A stretch of 64,000 nt of DNA from Nitrososphaeria archaeon. GTDB taxonomy: Archaea > Thermoproteota > Nitrososphaeria > JACIWG01. Below are positions 29,006 through 38,455 of this stretch, one piece after another. Each line of letters opens with the position of its first letter. The first letter of the stretch is position 1. The position numbers were made by a program, and so were the translations under genes. The notes under the pieces were generated by a model. That model was not told where the DNA came from. It saw nothing but the letters and a program-made list of their open reading frames with translations, and searched no databases. The stretch spans positions 5,789 to 69,788 of the forward strand of contig JBMFNX010000002.1 of NCBI GenBank assembly GCA_049969935.1. Reading direction: 5' to 3'.

Positions 29006-31063
29006 ATGTATGGGGACGTGATCGATTTCGAAACACTTTATTCAGCCCTTGGCTCAAATGAGCGATTAAGCATTTTGAATGAATTAAATAAAAGTGGGCC
29101 TCTTTCTTATACACAGTTAAAAAATAATTGTGGGTTCGTGAAGAAGAGGGAGTCTGGCAGATTTGCATATCATTTGCGATTACTAACCTCTGTCAATCTT
29201 ATTTCATTAAATAAGAATACTAAGAAGTATAGTTTGACACCTTTCGGTAGAACCGTTTTAGCGGCTACAAATGAGTTAAAAGAGGCGGCTTTACAGTTTT
29301 CTGGAAAAATATATGTTAGAACATCCAAGCATAAGATTGAAGAGTTTGATAGTAATAAAATTTATCAATCATTAATTAGGGAGGCGAATGTTCCCCGCGA
29401 TTTGGCTTCAAAAATTACGGCTGAGGCTGAGGCACGGATAAGTAAATTAGAGAATGTCCATTTGACAGCACCATTGATAAGGGAATTCGTGAACTCTATA
29501 CTTGTTGAGAAAGGATTAGATGAATATCGTAATAGGCTTACAAGATTAGGTTTGCCTGTAAAGGATGTTACAGATAAGATTACACAGATAGGGCTTTCTG
29601 AGGGAAATATTTCTTCCTTGAGGGAGGCGGCGGCTGATGCAGTCTTCACAGACTATCTTTTACTAACTCAAGTTAGTTCAGAAATTTTAGACATGCACCT
29701 TTCTGGAGAAATTAGTCTAATGAATACAGGATGCTGGGGTATTATGCCAGACAACATATTTTTTGACGCGCTAGCCTTCAGTTCCTTCGACATAAAATTT
29801 GGTTTAAAAGACCCGTTTCTTCCAAGAGAATATGGAAGAGAAAATATTAGTTTTACTAAGGCAGTTATATCTATAAATAAAATGCTTGAAAGCGTCTCAA
29901 GTGAAGTGTCTGTAGAAAATTTCATTGAATTTATGGAGTTGATGAAGAAAGTAGAGGGTGAGATAAGCTATAAAAGAGTCTATGAATTTCTTATTAACTC
30001 AATTTTGGGAATAAATCCTTTAGCTAACAACTTTTTAAGTCTCCAAATAAATTTAAAGGAAGAAAATAAAATAGATACATTAAAAATTTTTTGTGAAGCA
30101 TACTTAAAATATATTCAGGGGACATTAAGGTCTAGAATAAAACTAATCTTTAACATATTTGAAAAAGAGATATTTCTCCAGATTTTACCTTATATCCTCG
30201 ATATAATCGAGAGCGGAGGCAATGTAATGATCGTAGTAAAACCGACGGAAACAGTATCCTACCTAGGTATAAGAAAAAGCTTCTCCTCAAACGATATAGT
30301 TTCAGCAGGAACTATAATCTTACATTCATTGGCTGTTAATCTGCCACGTCTAGCATATGCTGGTACTGAAGAAACATTTCTAAAAAGTCTTTTAAAAATA
30401 AAGCTTCAGAAGGTACACGATGCTATAGAAACACGCAAAAATAATTTAATTGATCTCATGGAGAAAGAGATACTATATTTATATGAGTATAATAATGAAC
30501 TATTTTCTAAAAACTTCCTTTCAATAGTAAATTTGGTAGGATTGGATGAACTTGCAAAATTTGTTGCTTCACAAGATGAAGAGGAACAGAATAGAATATG
30601 GATAAAGTTTATGGAGTTTTCTAAGAAGGTATTAGAAGAATGTGGAAAAGGAGTTGGTTTAAGAGTTTTGCCAGCCGTCTACGTCGACGATTCTTCCAGA
30701 AGATTCTATGATATGGATAGAGAAAATATTCCGAAAGAGTTTATAGAGAAAATTGATACTGGAAGATATTCTCAAACACCCGTACTTGATATCAAGGACA
30801 TAGGTAATGAGAGCTTAATTAGAAGATTACAGTCGAGAATAGGAGCTACAGATGGAGGATACCATGTGATTTTAGATATTGGCACACAAGATGAAGACAG
30901 CTTATTAAAAGATTCAATAACAGAGGCAATCTCAAAATTGAGTGTGATAAAAATAAGGAAGAAAATGATTTCTTGCGCAACCTGTGGAACAAAAAGTATT
31001 CTTCAGTCAAGATGCCCTAAATGTGGATCAGCTAAAGTACTTGTCTTACAAACAGACAACTAG
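29006..31063 (+). CDS. NrdD-like (class III RNR-related) protein with N-terminal wHTH and ATP-cone and a C-terminal Zn-ribbon; no glycyl-radical motif
   Basis: ArsR-like wHTH in residues 1-95. ATP-cone block KIYVRTSKHKIEEFDSNKIYQSLIREA...LTAPLIREFVNSILVEKGL. NrdD-like blocks HLSGEISLMN and VNLPRLAYAG. C-terminus CATCG...CPKCG, with the ORF ending 9 residues later. Confidence 0.5.
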   Translation: MYGDVIDFETLYSALGSNERLSILNELNKSGPLSYTQLKNNCGFVKKRESGRFAYHLRLLTSVNLISLNKNTKKYSLTPFGRTVLAATNELKEAALQFSGKIYVRTSKHKIEEFDSNKIYQSLIREANVPRDLASKITAEAEARISKLENVHLTAPLIREFVNSILVEKGLDEYRNRLTRLGLPVKDVTDKITQIGLSEGNISSLREAAADAVFTDYLLLTQVSSEILDMHLSGEISLMNTGCWGIMPDNIFFDALAFSSFDIKFGLKDPFLPREYGRENISFTKAVISINKMLESVSSEVSVENFIEFMELMKKVEGEISYKRVYEFLINSILGINPLANNFLSLQINLKEENKIDTLKIFCEAYLKYIQGTLRSRIKLIFNIFEKEIFLQILPYILDIIESGGNVMIVVKPTETVSYLGIRKSFSSNDIVSAGTIILHSLAVNLPRLAYAGTEETFLKSLLKIKLQKVHDAIETRKNNLIDLMEKEILYLYEYNNELFSKNFLSIVNLVGLDELAKFVASQDEEEQNRIWIKFMEFSKKVLEECGKGVGLRVLPAVYVDDSSRRFYDMDRENIPKEFIEKIDTGRYSQTPVLDIKDIGNESLIRRLQSRIGATDGGYHVILDIGTQDEDSLLKDSITEAISKLSVIKIRKKMISCATCGTKSILQSRCPKCGSAKVLVLQTDN

Positions 31064-31068
31064 TTAGA

Positions 31069-31416
31069 TTATTTCTTACCAATAACCTCAAGTTTTCCAA
31101 AACGGCCTACATTTAGACGAATTTCACCCTTGTAGCTATTAACATAACCGTTTTCAATTTTAACCATGTCTCCAACTTCAACCATATCTATTTGCTCATC
31201 CCATAAAGTCAATTTTATACTACCAGTTTCATCTTCTAAAGTTAGGTCTGCAACCTTCGCCTTCTGACCTGTTCTTAATGTAACTTCCCTTACCTCAGGT
31301 TTTTCAACTATTTTTCCAACCACCTGAACCCTTCTCATATTATCTCTTAATTGCGATATTTGCAAGCTATTCGCACATAAACTTATAAACAAACCCTTAA
31401 AAGCTTTACTTATCAA
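31069..31416 (-). CDS. ssb: single-stranded DNA-binding protein (OB-fold, crenarchaeal SSB-like)
   Basis: OB-fold pattern VVGKIVEKPEVREV...GSIKLTLWDEQ...VKIENGYV. The true start is probably the internal MRRVQ. Confidence 0.55.
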   Translation of the reverse strand: MISKAFKGLFISLCANSLQISQLRDNMRRVQVVGKIVEKPEVREVTLRTGQKAKVADLTLEDETGSIKLTLWDEQIDMVEVGDMVKIENGYVNSYKGEIRLNVGRFGKLEVIGKK

Positions 31417-31431
31417 GAGCGTAGTTCTAAT

Positions 31432-31989
31432 ATGGGATTAGATGAAAAAATTGAAGAAAGGAAAATAGAATGCTATGGTACAGTAGAAGGAGAAAAAATT
31501 ATCGTAAAGGTGGACAATAAAGTTCAGGAATTATATCAGAGCGGATTTGGGAAAATTGATGGAGAAAATCTGATTTTAGACTTGTACGAGGGACTATATT
31601 TAAATGAACTTAAAAAAATAGAGGTTTTATATAAGGGGAAAAATGTAGGTTTCAATGAACTTATGGAAGTATGCTATAAAAAAGATAAAAATGTCCTTAC
31701 CAATTACCTAGTTTATAGGGATTTGAAAAATAGAGGATTTATAGTTAAGAAGAGTGAGGAATTCGGAGTCGATTTTTACGTTTATGAAAAAGATGATTAC
31801 TGGATAAAACGTGCAAAATATGCAATATTTGTATTAAATGAAGGGTGCGAAGTAGATTTTAAAAAAATTTTTGAAAAAATTAAAGAGGTAAAAAATTGTG
31901 TGGAGGAGTCAATTATAGCTGTCCTAGATAGAAGGGGAGAAGTAATATACTATAGAGCTTCTGAGGAGACCTTTAATGAAAAAAGATAG
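31432..31989 (+). CDS. endA: tRNA-splicing endonuclease family subunit (EndA-like); the catalytic His appears substituted, so possibly the structural beta subunit
   Basis: NYLVYRDLKNRGFIVKKSEEFGVDFYVYEKDD matches the EndA C-terminal domain core. Where catalytic subunits carry ...EHSxYLV this ORF has ...RAKYAIFV. Confidence 0.55.
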   Translation: MGLDEKIEERKIECYGTVEGEKIIVKVDNKVQELYQSGFGKIDGENLILDLYEGLYLNELKKIEVLYKGKNVGFNELMEVCYKKDKNVLTNYLVYRDLKNRGFIVKKSEEFGVDFYVYEKDDYWIKRAKYAIFVLNEGCEVDFKKIFEKIKEVKNCVEESIIAVLDRRGEVIYYRASEETFNEKR

Positions 31990-32878
31990 AATTAGACACT
32001 ATGTTAGGATAGTTAGACCAAAAAATAGTATTATGATAGGTATGGCTGTGATCATTGGAATGATCTTAACCGACCCAAAACAAATTCTTTCAATAAGAAC
32101 CGTTTACGGCTTTCTAACTGGATTTTTTATATCATGCTATTCCATGATTGTAAATGACATTTACGATATTGAGGTAGACAGAATTAATAACATGGATAGG
32201 CCTCTGGCGAAAGGTGAAATAACTGTTAAAAGCGCGTTGGTATATAGCATATTCCTACTTTTTATAGGACTTGCATTAGCATATTTTACTTCAATTTTAA
32301 ACTTTATTATAGCAATTTTGTTCGCTTTCATTTCATGGCTTTATAATTTCAGCTTGAAAAAACATGGGATAGTCGGTAATATGACTGTAGCAGTTTCAAC
32401 AATTGTACCATACTTGTATGGTAATATAATTCTTTCATATAATAATATGGTTGATGAAAATATTTTATTGAATCCAATACTTTTAAGTCCTACTGTTTGC
32501 TGGTTTTCTCTAGTATCCTTTTTTGCTGTTACAGGAAGAGAGGTGATAAAAACAATATCTGACATTGAAGGTGATAAAATAAGAGGTGTAAAGTCTGTGG
32601 CAATATGCTGGGGTAAAGGGAGGGCGGCTAAAACTGGAGCATTATTCTTTATCTTGGCGGTAATATGTACATTAGGCCCCTATATTCTTAGGGAGATGGG
32701 TACAATTTATCTTTTGGCAATATTATTTCCTGACCTACTATTTATCTACTTATCATATTCTATTCTAAAGGATTGTTCAAGTGAAAATGCTTTACGCGTT
32801 AAAAGGATGGCTTTAAATGGTATGCTTATTGGATTTTTTTCCTTTGCCATAGAAAAACTGTTGGTGATATGGATATGA
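31976..32878 (+). CDS. UbiA-family prenyltransferase (probably digeranylgeranylglyceryl phosphate synthase)
   Basis: NDIYDIEVDRIN is the Asp-rich motif 1 of UbiA family members. The ORF has about nine transmembrane helices. Confidence 0.7.
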   Translation: MKKDRIRHYVRIVRPKNSIMIGMAVIIGMILTDPKQILSIRTVYGFLTGFFISCYSMIVNDIYDIEVDRINNMDRPLAKGEITVKSALVYSIFLLFIGLALAYFTSILNFIIAILFAFISWLYNFSLKKHGIVGNMTVAVSTIVPYLYGNIILSYNNMVDENILLNPILLSPTVCWFSLVSFFAVTGREVIKTISDIEGDKIRGVKSVAICWGKGRAAKTGALFFILAVICTLGPYILREMGTIYLLAILFPDLLFIYLSYSILKDCSSENALRVKRMALNGMLIGFFSFAIEKLLVIWI

Positions 32879-34077
32879 GTTTACCTTGGACGGAAAAATA
32901 TAGGAATATCGAATTTAATATGATAATTGGTAATGAGGCTGCAAGAAGAGAGTTTTTGGAATGGTTGAAGAACTGGAAAAGAGGGGACAAGGCTGTACTA
33001 TTATTGGGGCCGCCAGGAATTGGGAAGAATACATCAGTATATGCTGCTGCAAGAAAACTAGGATATTATGTGATAGAGTTAAATGCAAGTGATATAAGAA
33101 CTAAAGATGCGCTTAACAAAAAACTAGGAACAAGTCTTTATGCTGCAAACTTATTTAATGAGAAAAGAATGGTTTTATTTGATGAAATAGACGGCCTATA
33201 TGGTAGAGAAGATTATGGGGGAATGGAATATATTATTGAACTACTTGATAAACCACCTGTACCAATAGTTCTTACAGCAAACGATGAATCAAATGAGAAC
33301 GTTTTAAAACTTTCTAAGAAAGTGATATGGATAAAATTTCAAAAAGTTCCATTAAGATTAATTGAAATATACCTAAAGCATATATGTGAAAAGGAAGGTA
33401 AACATGTGGACAAAAAGGTTCTTCAGAAGATTGTTGAAAGGAGTGGGGGTGATGTACGTAACGCCATAAATATGCTCCAGACCATTATAGATACCTCATA
33501 CCTTCTAGACGAATCAGATTTTATGAAAGATGAAAGCGTGTCAAAAATGGAGGCTATAATTGCATTAGTAGCAAGTGAAGACAAGAATATTGCCTTAAAA
33601 AAATTTTCTCAAATGGATGCAGATATAGAAGAAAAGTTAAAAATAATGTTTTACTCTATTCTAGCATCAAATCTTGATAAAATTACTAGAACTAAAGCTT
33701 TAAAAGCAATATCTGATATTGATATCCTAAGGAACAGGATAGAGAATACACAAGAATGGAGAATGGCAAGATGGTATGACATGTATTTTGTTGAAAAAAT
33801 CTTTAACCCAGAAATTAGAAAAGGTTTCAGATATTCAGAGGAAGAACCCCTATGGGAATTAAAGTTAAAATATTGGACTGAATTAAGAATATTTAAGGAA
33901 ATAAGGGAGAGAGTTAATCAAAGATACCATGTTTCTGTTGGAGAATTTTCTCTCTATTATATACCATGTATAATCGCATTAGCAAAAAAAGATTTTAGCA
34001 TGATGTCAGAATATCTAAAGTATGTAGGCTTCGGAGACAATTTCCTTTCATATATAGAGAAAAGGGTGAAGGAATAA
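32869..34077 (+). CDS. rfcL: replication factor C large subunit
   Basis: WTEKYRN...VLLLGPPGIGKNT, DEID box and an extended C-terminal region over 402 aa. Confidence 0.8.
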   Translation: MDMSLPWTEKYRNIEFNMIIGNEAARREFLEWLKNWKRGDKAVLLLGPPGIGKNTSVYAAARKLGYYVIELNASDIRTKDALNKKLGTSLYAANLFNEKRMVLFDEIDGLYGREDYGGMEYIIELLDKPPVPIVLTANDESNENVLKLSKKVIWIKFQKVPLRLIEIYLKHICEKEGKHVDKKVLQKIVERSGGDVRNAINMLQTIIDTSYLLDESDFMKDESVSKMEAIIALVASEDKNIALKKFSQMDADIEEKLKIMFYSILASNLDKITRTKALKAISDIDILRNRIENTQEWRMARWYDMYFVEKIFNPEIRKGFRYSEEEPLWELKLKYWTELRIFKEIRERVNQRYHVSVGEFSLYYIPCIIALAKKDFSMMSEYLKYVGFGDNFLSYIEKRVKE

Positions 34078-34078
34078 A

Positions 34079-34408
34079 ATGGAGATTGTTGAAGGAAAGT
34101 GGTTCAGATTACCAAGACTTAACACTAACGATTTTAAAACATTAATGTCTTTGGGAGTTAAATATGACAAAGGCAGAGGGATGCTTGTCAGCTACGAAAC
34201 CAATAAAAAGCTTTTAATAGAATTCCTTGAAACCATTCTAAAAGATCAAATAATTCTTTATAAAGAATGTGCAATTTGTGGGAAAAACGTTGACTGCAGG
34301 GATTGTGAGTATAGGGTAAAATGCGATTACTATAATGCTTCAGAAAAATGTATTTGTGAAAAATGTTTGGCAAAGGATGAAAACTATGCACTTTATGTGA
34401 TGCAGTAA
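34079..34408 (+). CDS. small Cys-rich (probably Zn-binding) hypothetical protein
   Basis: A 109-aa ORF with a C-terminus CAICGKNVDCRDCEYRVKCDY...CICEKC containing 10 Cys. It is tightly coupled to the rfcL stop. Confidence 0.3.
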   Translation: MEIVEGKWFRLPRLNTNDFKTLMSLGVKYDKGRGMLVSYETNKKLLIEFLETILKDQIILYKECAICGKNVDCRDCEYRVKCDYYNASEKCICEKCLAKDENYALYVMQ

Positions 34409-34411
34409 AAA

Positions 34412-35326
34412 CTAGGTTGTACAATAGGGTTTTCTTAAAATAACAGCTTTAAGGAAAGCATTTCTTAAGCCATCATAATCTTTGCTTTTCAAATACAGTT
34501 TAGCATCAACTTCATTTCCTGAAACCATCAAGCAAGGTTTGAATGCACCGCTATAAGTTACTCTTAGGCGATTACAATTTGCACAAAATTCTGTATTTTC
34601 GATTGGATGAACCACTTCAACCTTTGTTGAATCCAATTCAAATATCTTCCTCTTATGCATATCATCTCTATAATATACGTTCTTTGCCCTTTTTGAAAGC
34701 ATTTTTTCAAGTTCATCAAGAGGCGCATGATATTCATTGTAAAGCTTTGGAACAACGCGCACAGGCTCTAGTTCAATTATTTGAAGTATTGCACCAACCT
34801 TTGCTGAATATGATATCATATCATCTACTTCATTCTCATTTATTCCTTTCAATAGAACCATGTTTATTTTTACAGGATTTAAACCTACATCGCATGCCTC
34901 TTTTATACCATCTAGTACTGGTTCAATCTTTCCACCACCAGTGATGTTACTGTATTTTAGACCATCCAATGTTGGGAGGCTCACATTAACTCTCTTTAAT
35001 CCTGCAGCTTTTAAGCTAGAGGCATAATTTTTTAGAAAGTGACCATTTGTAACTAATGAAACTTCCTTTAATCCTGGAGTTGATGATACAGAGTTTACAA
35101 TTTCTACAATATCATTTCTACATAATGGTTCACCTCCAGTAAGTTTTACTGTTTTAACACCATAGGATGAAGCAAGATCAACTATTGCCTTTATCTCGTC
35201 TAATGTCAACTCATCTTGGCCCTCACTAAATCCTTCACCGTGACAGTAAAAGCATTTTAGATTACATTTTGATGTGACTGATATTCTTATATTATAAATT
35301 GGTCTGTTATATAGATCCAATAGCAT
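34412..35326 (-). CDS. moaA: GTP 3',8-cyclase (radical SAM)
   Basis: CNLKCFYCH radical-SAM motif, a C-terminal second cluster (CANCNRLR) and the expected 304 aa. Confidence 0.85.
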   Translation of the reverse strand: MLLDLYNRPIYNIRISVTSKCNLKCFYCHGEGFSEGQDELTLDEIKAIVDLASSYGVKTVKLTGGEPLCRNDIVEIVNSVSSTPGLKEVSLVTNGHFLKNYASSLKAAGLKRVNVSLPTLDGLKYSNITGGGKIEPVLDGIKEACDVGLNPVKINMVLLKGINENEVDDMISYSAKVGAILQIIELEPVRVVPKLYNEYHAPLDELEKMLSKRAKNVYYRDDMHKRKIFELDSTKVEVVHPIENTEFCANCNRLRVTYSGAFKPCLMVSGNEVDAKLYLKSKDYDGLRNAFLKAVILRKPYCTT

Positions 35327-35328
35327 TA

Positions 35329-35853
35329 TTATTCCCTCGCATGCTTCACTATATGTGGAAGTTCGTCACATATTATTTCCATTGCTGTCTCAACAGCGTC
35401 AGGGGAGCCTGGGAGACAAAAGACGACCCTTTTAGATACAATGCCAGCGGTCGCTCTTGAAATTATAGCAGCACCTTTAGCTTTTTGAAAACTTTTCAGC
35501 CTAAATATTTCTCCAAAACCTGGCATAAATTTATTAAATAATGGAGAAAGAGCTTCAACTGTTACATCAGAGGACGTTATCCCAGTACCACCAGTCAAAA
35601 TTATAACGTCACAATTTTCTTCATAAATGGACCTAAGCGTTTCCTTCCTTATCATTTCGATATCATCAGGAACAATTTTCCTCGACTTTATCTGATAGCC
35701 TCTTTCAATTAACATTTGAACAATTTTAAGCCCCGAAAGGTCGTCTACTTTATGGCCACGAGATGCTTCATCAAACCTAGATGAGCTTACAGTTATCACA
35801 GAACATGATATTTCAGTCGGAGTAGAAAGCCTATGGGATTCATAACTTTTCAA
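35329..35853 (-). CDS. mogA: molybdopterin adenylyltransferase MogA/MoaB
   Basis: ILTGGTGITSSDVT and GFGEIFR blocks. Confidence 0.75.
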   Translation of the reverse strand: MKSYESHRLSTPTEISCSVITVSSSRFDEASRGHKVDDLSGLKIVQMLIERGYQIKSRKIVPDDIEMIRKETLRSIYEENCDVIILTGGTGITSSDVTVEALSPLFNKFMPGFGEIFRLKSFQKAKGAAIISRATAGIVSKRVVFCLPGSPDAVETAMEIICDELPHIVKHARE

Positions 35854-36296
35854 CCATATTTCACCTTTTTTAAGACCCTAACATCTTGAATTCTTGTAAA
35901 CGGATAGTTTCCTGATGAATCCTTTTCATATTTTTTAACTAAGTCCCATATATTTAAAAGAGCATTTAGAACTCCTGAAAGAGCATCCATTTCCACACCC
36001 GTTTTCGATGAAGCCTTGACTTTAACACGCACTTTTATATATGTGTCACCAATTTCAAATTCAGGCCTAACACTTTCTATTGGTATGGGATGACAAAAAG
36101 GTACAAGTTCAGGAGTCTTTTTAACCGCATTAAGAGCACATACTGATGAAATTTGTAGAACATCACCCTTTTCAATCTTATTCTCTTTTATCAGTTTTAT
36201 TGTTTCCGGCTTCAAAATTATTACACCTTCAGCTAATGCTTCTCTTTCAACAACAGGTTTTTTAGAAATATCTACCATACCCAATTTTGGGCACAC
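35850..36296 (-). CDS. moaC: cyclic pyranopterin monophosphate synthase
   Basis: A 148-aa ORF with ...TGVEMDALSGV... typical of MoaC. It overlaps mogA in an operon. Confidence 0.8.
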   Translation of the reverse strand: MCPKLGMVDISKKPVVEREALAEGVIILKPETIKLIKENKIEKGDVLQISSVCALNAVKKTPELVPFCHPIPIESVRPEFEIGDTYIKVRVKVKASSKTGVEMDALSGVLNALLNIWDLVKKYEKDSSGNYPFTRIQDVRVLKKVKYG

Positions 36297-36504
36297 TCCA
36301 TTTAAAGGTTAATGTTAACAGTATAAAAGGGATTCTTTACACGATATGCTGTTAGCCGCTTAATTGGGTCTATAAAAATCTCCAGAATATATAAATGGTG
36401 CATTACTGTTTCATGCTAAAATTTTTAAGCAAAAAATTTATAATATGGCAAGCAGTCCAAGCTATGGGCTTAACAGTATACCTAGACAATTTATAATGGT
36501 CTAG

Positions 36505-37227
36505 GTGGTTGATATGAAGCCCAAAATATTGTTAATAAATGCATCACCTAGAGCCAATGGTTGGTCTAAAAAGTTACTGTTAGCAGCTAACCATGGTGTT
36601 ATAGACGCGAGAGGAGAATCAGAGATAGTGCACCTTTATGAACATAATATTAAACCTTGCATAGGTTGTGTATCCAATAGTACGAGAGAATGCAAATTTC
36701 CATGCTTGATTGAAGACGATGACTTTAATAAACTCGGAGAAAAAATTCTCACCGCACAAGGATTTATCATAGCTACACCATTATACTGGTACATGGTTAG
36801 TGGACAATTAAAGAACTTAATTGACAGGCTAACAAGCATGGAAAACATGATATTTCATATTAAAAAAAGTTTATTGGATGGAAAGGTTGCTGGATTTATA
36901 GCAGTAGGAAATGATTCAGGGTCTATAATGGCAATCTCATACTTAATGGTTACATTTAATAGCATGGGGGTACTTATTCCACCTTGGGCGCTTTCATACC
37001 ACCATAGTAAAAAGGACGTATTAGATAATAGGGAGGCAATTCTAAGCGCATACAATGTAGGATATAACGTTGTAAAAGCTGCTAGACGAATTTATGATAT
37101 AACAAAATGGTATAAGGCTAATGTTAACATAGAAAAGATAGTAAATAGTATTGAGAATACTTGCGAGAAAAGGAAAGAAATTGTTACCAGTGTAAAAGTG
37201 GCTTCTAACAGGAAAACCATGTACTAA
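36505..37227 (+). CDS. iron-sulfur flavoprotein / NADPH-dependent FMN reductase-like
   Basis: Flavodoxin-like ILLINASPR N-terminus plus a compact Cys cluster CIGCVSNSTRECKFPC, as in the Isf family. Confidence 0.55.
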   Translation: MVDMKPKILLINASPRANGWSKKLLLAANHGVIDARGESEIVHLYEHNIKPCIGCVSNSTRECKFPCLIEDDDFNKLGEKILTAQGFIIATPLYWYMVSGQLKNLIDRLTSMENMIFHIKKSLLDGKVAGFIAVGNDSGSIMAISYLMVTFNSMGVLIPPWALSYHHSKKDVLDNREAILSAYNVGYNVVKAARRIYDITKWYKANVNIEKIVNSIENTCEKRKEIVTSVKVASNRKTMY

Positions 37228-37240
37228 TACTTAAATTCAA

Positions 37241-37900
37241 TCACAATATTGAGTTTAACGCTTCAAGCTCAAATTTTGTGTTAGAACATCCGTTTCTAAT
37301 TAAAGGTATGCCTTGTCCCGGAATACCGAATCTTTCCAAAACTAAGGCAGCTAGCTTTAATTCTTGACTACAGGCAACACCAACTACACCTTCGTATCCT
37401 CTTTCCTTAAGTATTTTCGGCAAACATGAACCACCTGGAACAACAAAAACATCATATCCCCTTTCCCTTGCGATTTTAGATGATTGATTAACAATGCAGT
37501 CTTCAGAACATGCTTGGCAAATATATGTAGGCACGTTTGGATCAAATATAGCTTTGCATCGATTGTCCATATATTTTCTTGCACAATGTGGCAAAAATAG
37601 TGCACGCTTATTTGTTGATTCAAATGAAGGCTTATTTTGAATATTTTTTACGTAAACTGTTAGTAAGTCTTCTACAAGAGAAATTGCTTCAGATAAATCA
37701 ATACCTATAATTTCATTTAACCTAAATTTTTTTACTAAATTTTTTGCCCTTAATCCAATCTTTCCATAAGTATTTGCCTTATATGCGACAACCAATAGTT
37801 CTTTAAAAAAATTTTTTGATATCGATGTCAAGTCAAAATTGAACTTATAAGGCATACGCATATTAACCAAATTGATGTATATAAGAATTAATAATATCAT
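37241..37900 (-). CDS. DUF116-like Cys-containing hypothetical protein
   Basis: A 219-aa ORF with an LFLPHCARKYMDNRCKA...CQACSEDC pattern. Confidence 0.35.
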   Translation of the reverse strand: MILLILIYINLVNMRMPYKFNFDLTSISKNFFKELLVVAYKANTYGKIGLRAKNLVKKFRLNEIIGIDLSEAISLVEDLLTVYVKNIQNKPSFESTNKRALFLPHCARKYMDNRCKAIFDPNVPTYICQACSEDCIVNQSSKIARERGYDVFVVPGGSCLPKILKERGYEGVVGVACSQELKLAALVLERFGIPGQGIPLIRNGCSNTKFELEALNSIL

Positions 37901-37965
37901 GTCCCTTTTTCTTTCAAAATTGCTTCTATAAGAGAATATTAGGCTCCGACTGTAAGATAGAGGAA

Positions 37966-38039
37966 TGCGGCGTCCGGGATTCGAACCCGGGATATCCAGC
38001 TTGGGGGGCTGGCATCTTAGACCACTAGATCAACGCCGC
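37966..38039 (-). tRNA. tRNA-Gly (CCC), with C at position 33
   Basis: GCGGCGU/ACGCCGC acceptor, D-arm AUCU...AGAU, anticodon stem CCAGC/GCUGG, loop CCCCCAA, T-arm CCGGG-UUCGAAU-CCCGG. Confidence 0.75.
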
Positions 38040-38060
38040 AAATTTCTGTTTACCCTTAAT

Positions 38061-38390
38061 TTATTCAGGTAACTTAAATATAATTTTTTCTTTTTCAAAG
38101 ATCATTTCGTACGTATCATTAACGTTCATAGGTATTCCAAGCTGATCAAATTCTTTTTCTGTTAGAAAAAGAATTACTTTGGGATAGTTTATTTCTTTTG
38201 GAACAGGAGGAAAAAGGCCCATTGACTGTATCTGTGTAATAATTGATTGCGCCATACGTGCAGCTTCATCACCATATTGATGTGAAATAAATGGTTGGCT
38301 TCTTACTTCAACTAATTCAATTTGCTTACCAGGCTCTCCAGTGTCTGGTGCTGTATAACTGGTTATCCTAAACACTTTAACTAATACCAT
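38061..38390 (-). CDS. hypothetical protein
   Basis: A 109-aa ORF with no recognised motif. Confidence 0.25.
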   Translation of the reverse strand: MVLVKVFRITSYTAPDTGEPGKQIELVEVRSQPFISHQYGDEAARMAQSIITQIQSMGLFPPVPKEINYPKVILFLTEKEFDQLGIPMNVNDTYEMIFEKEKIIFKLPE

Positions 38391-38455
38391 TTGCTACCGC
38401 CGCATCTATGGTATAGGAGGGAAATAAAAATTAATTTATACCATATGGTAGCCTT

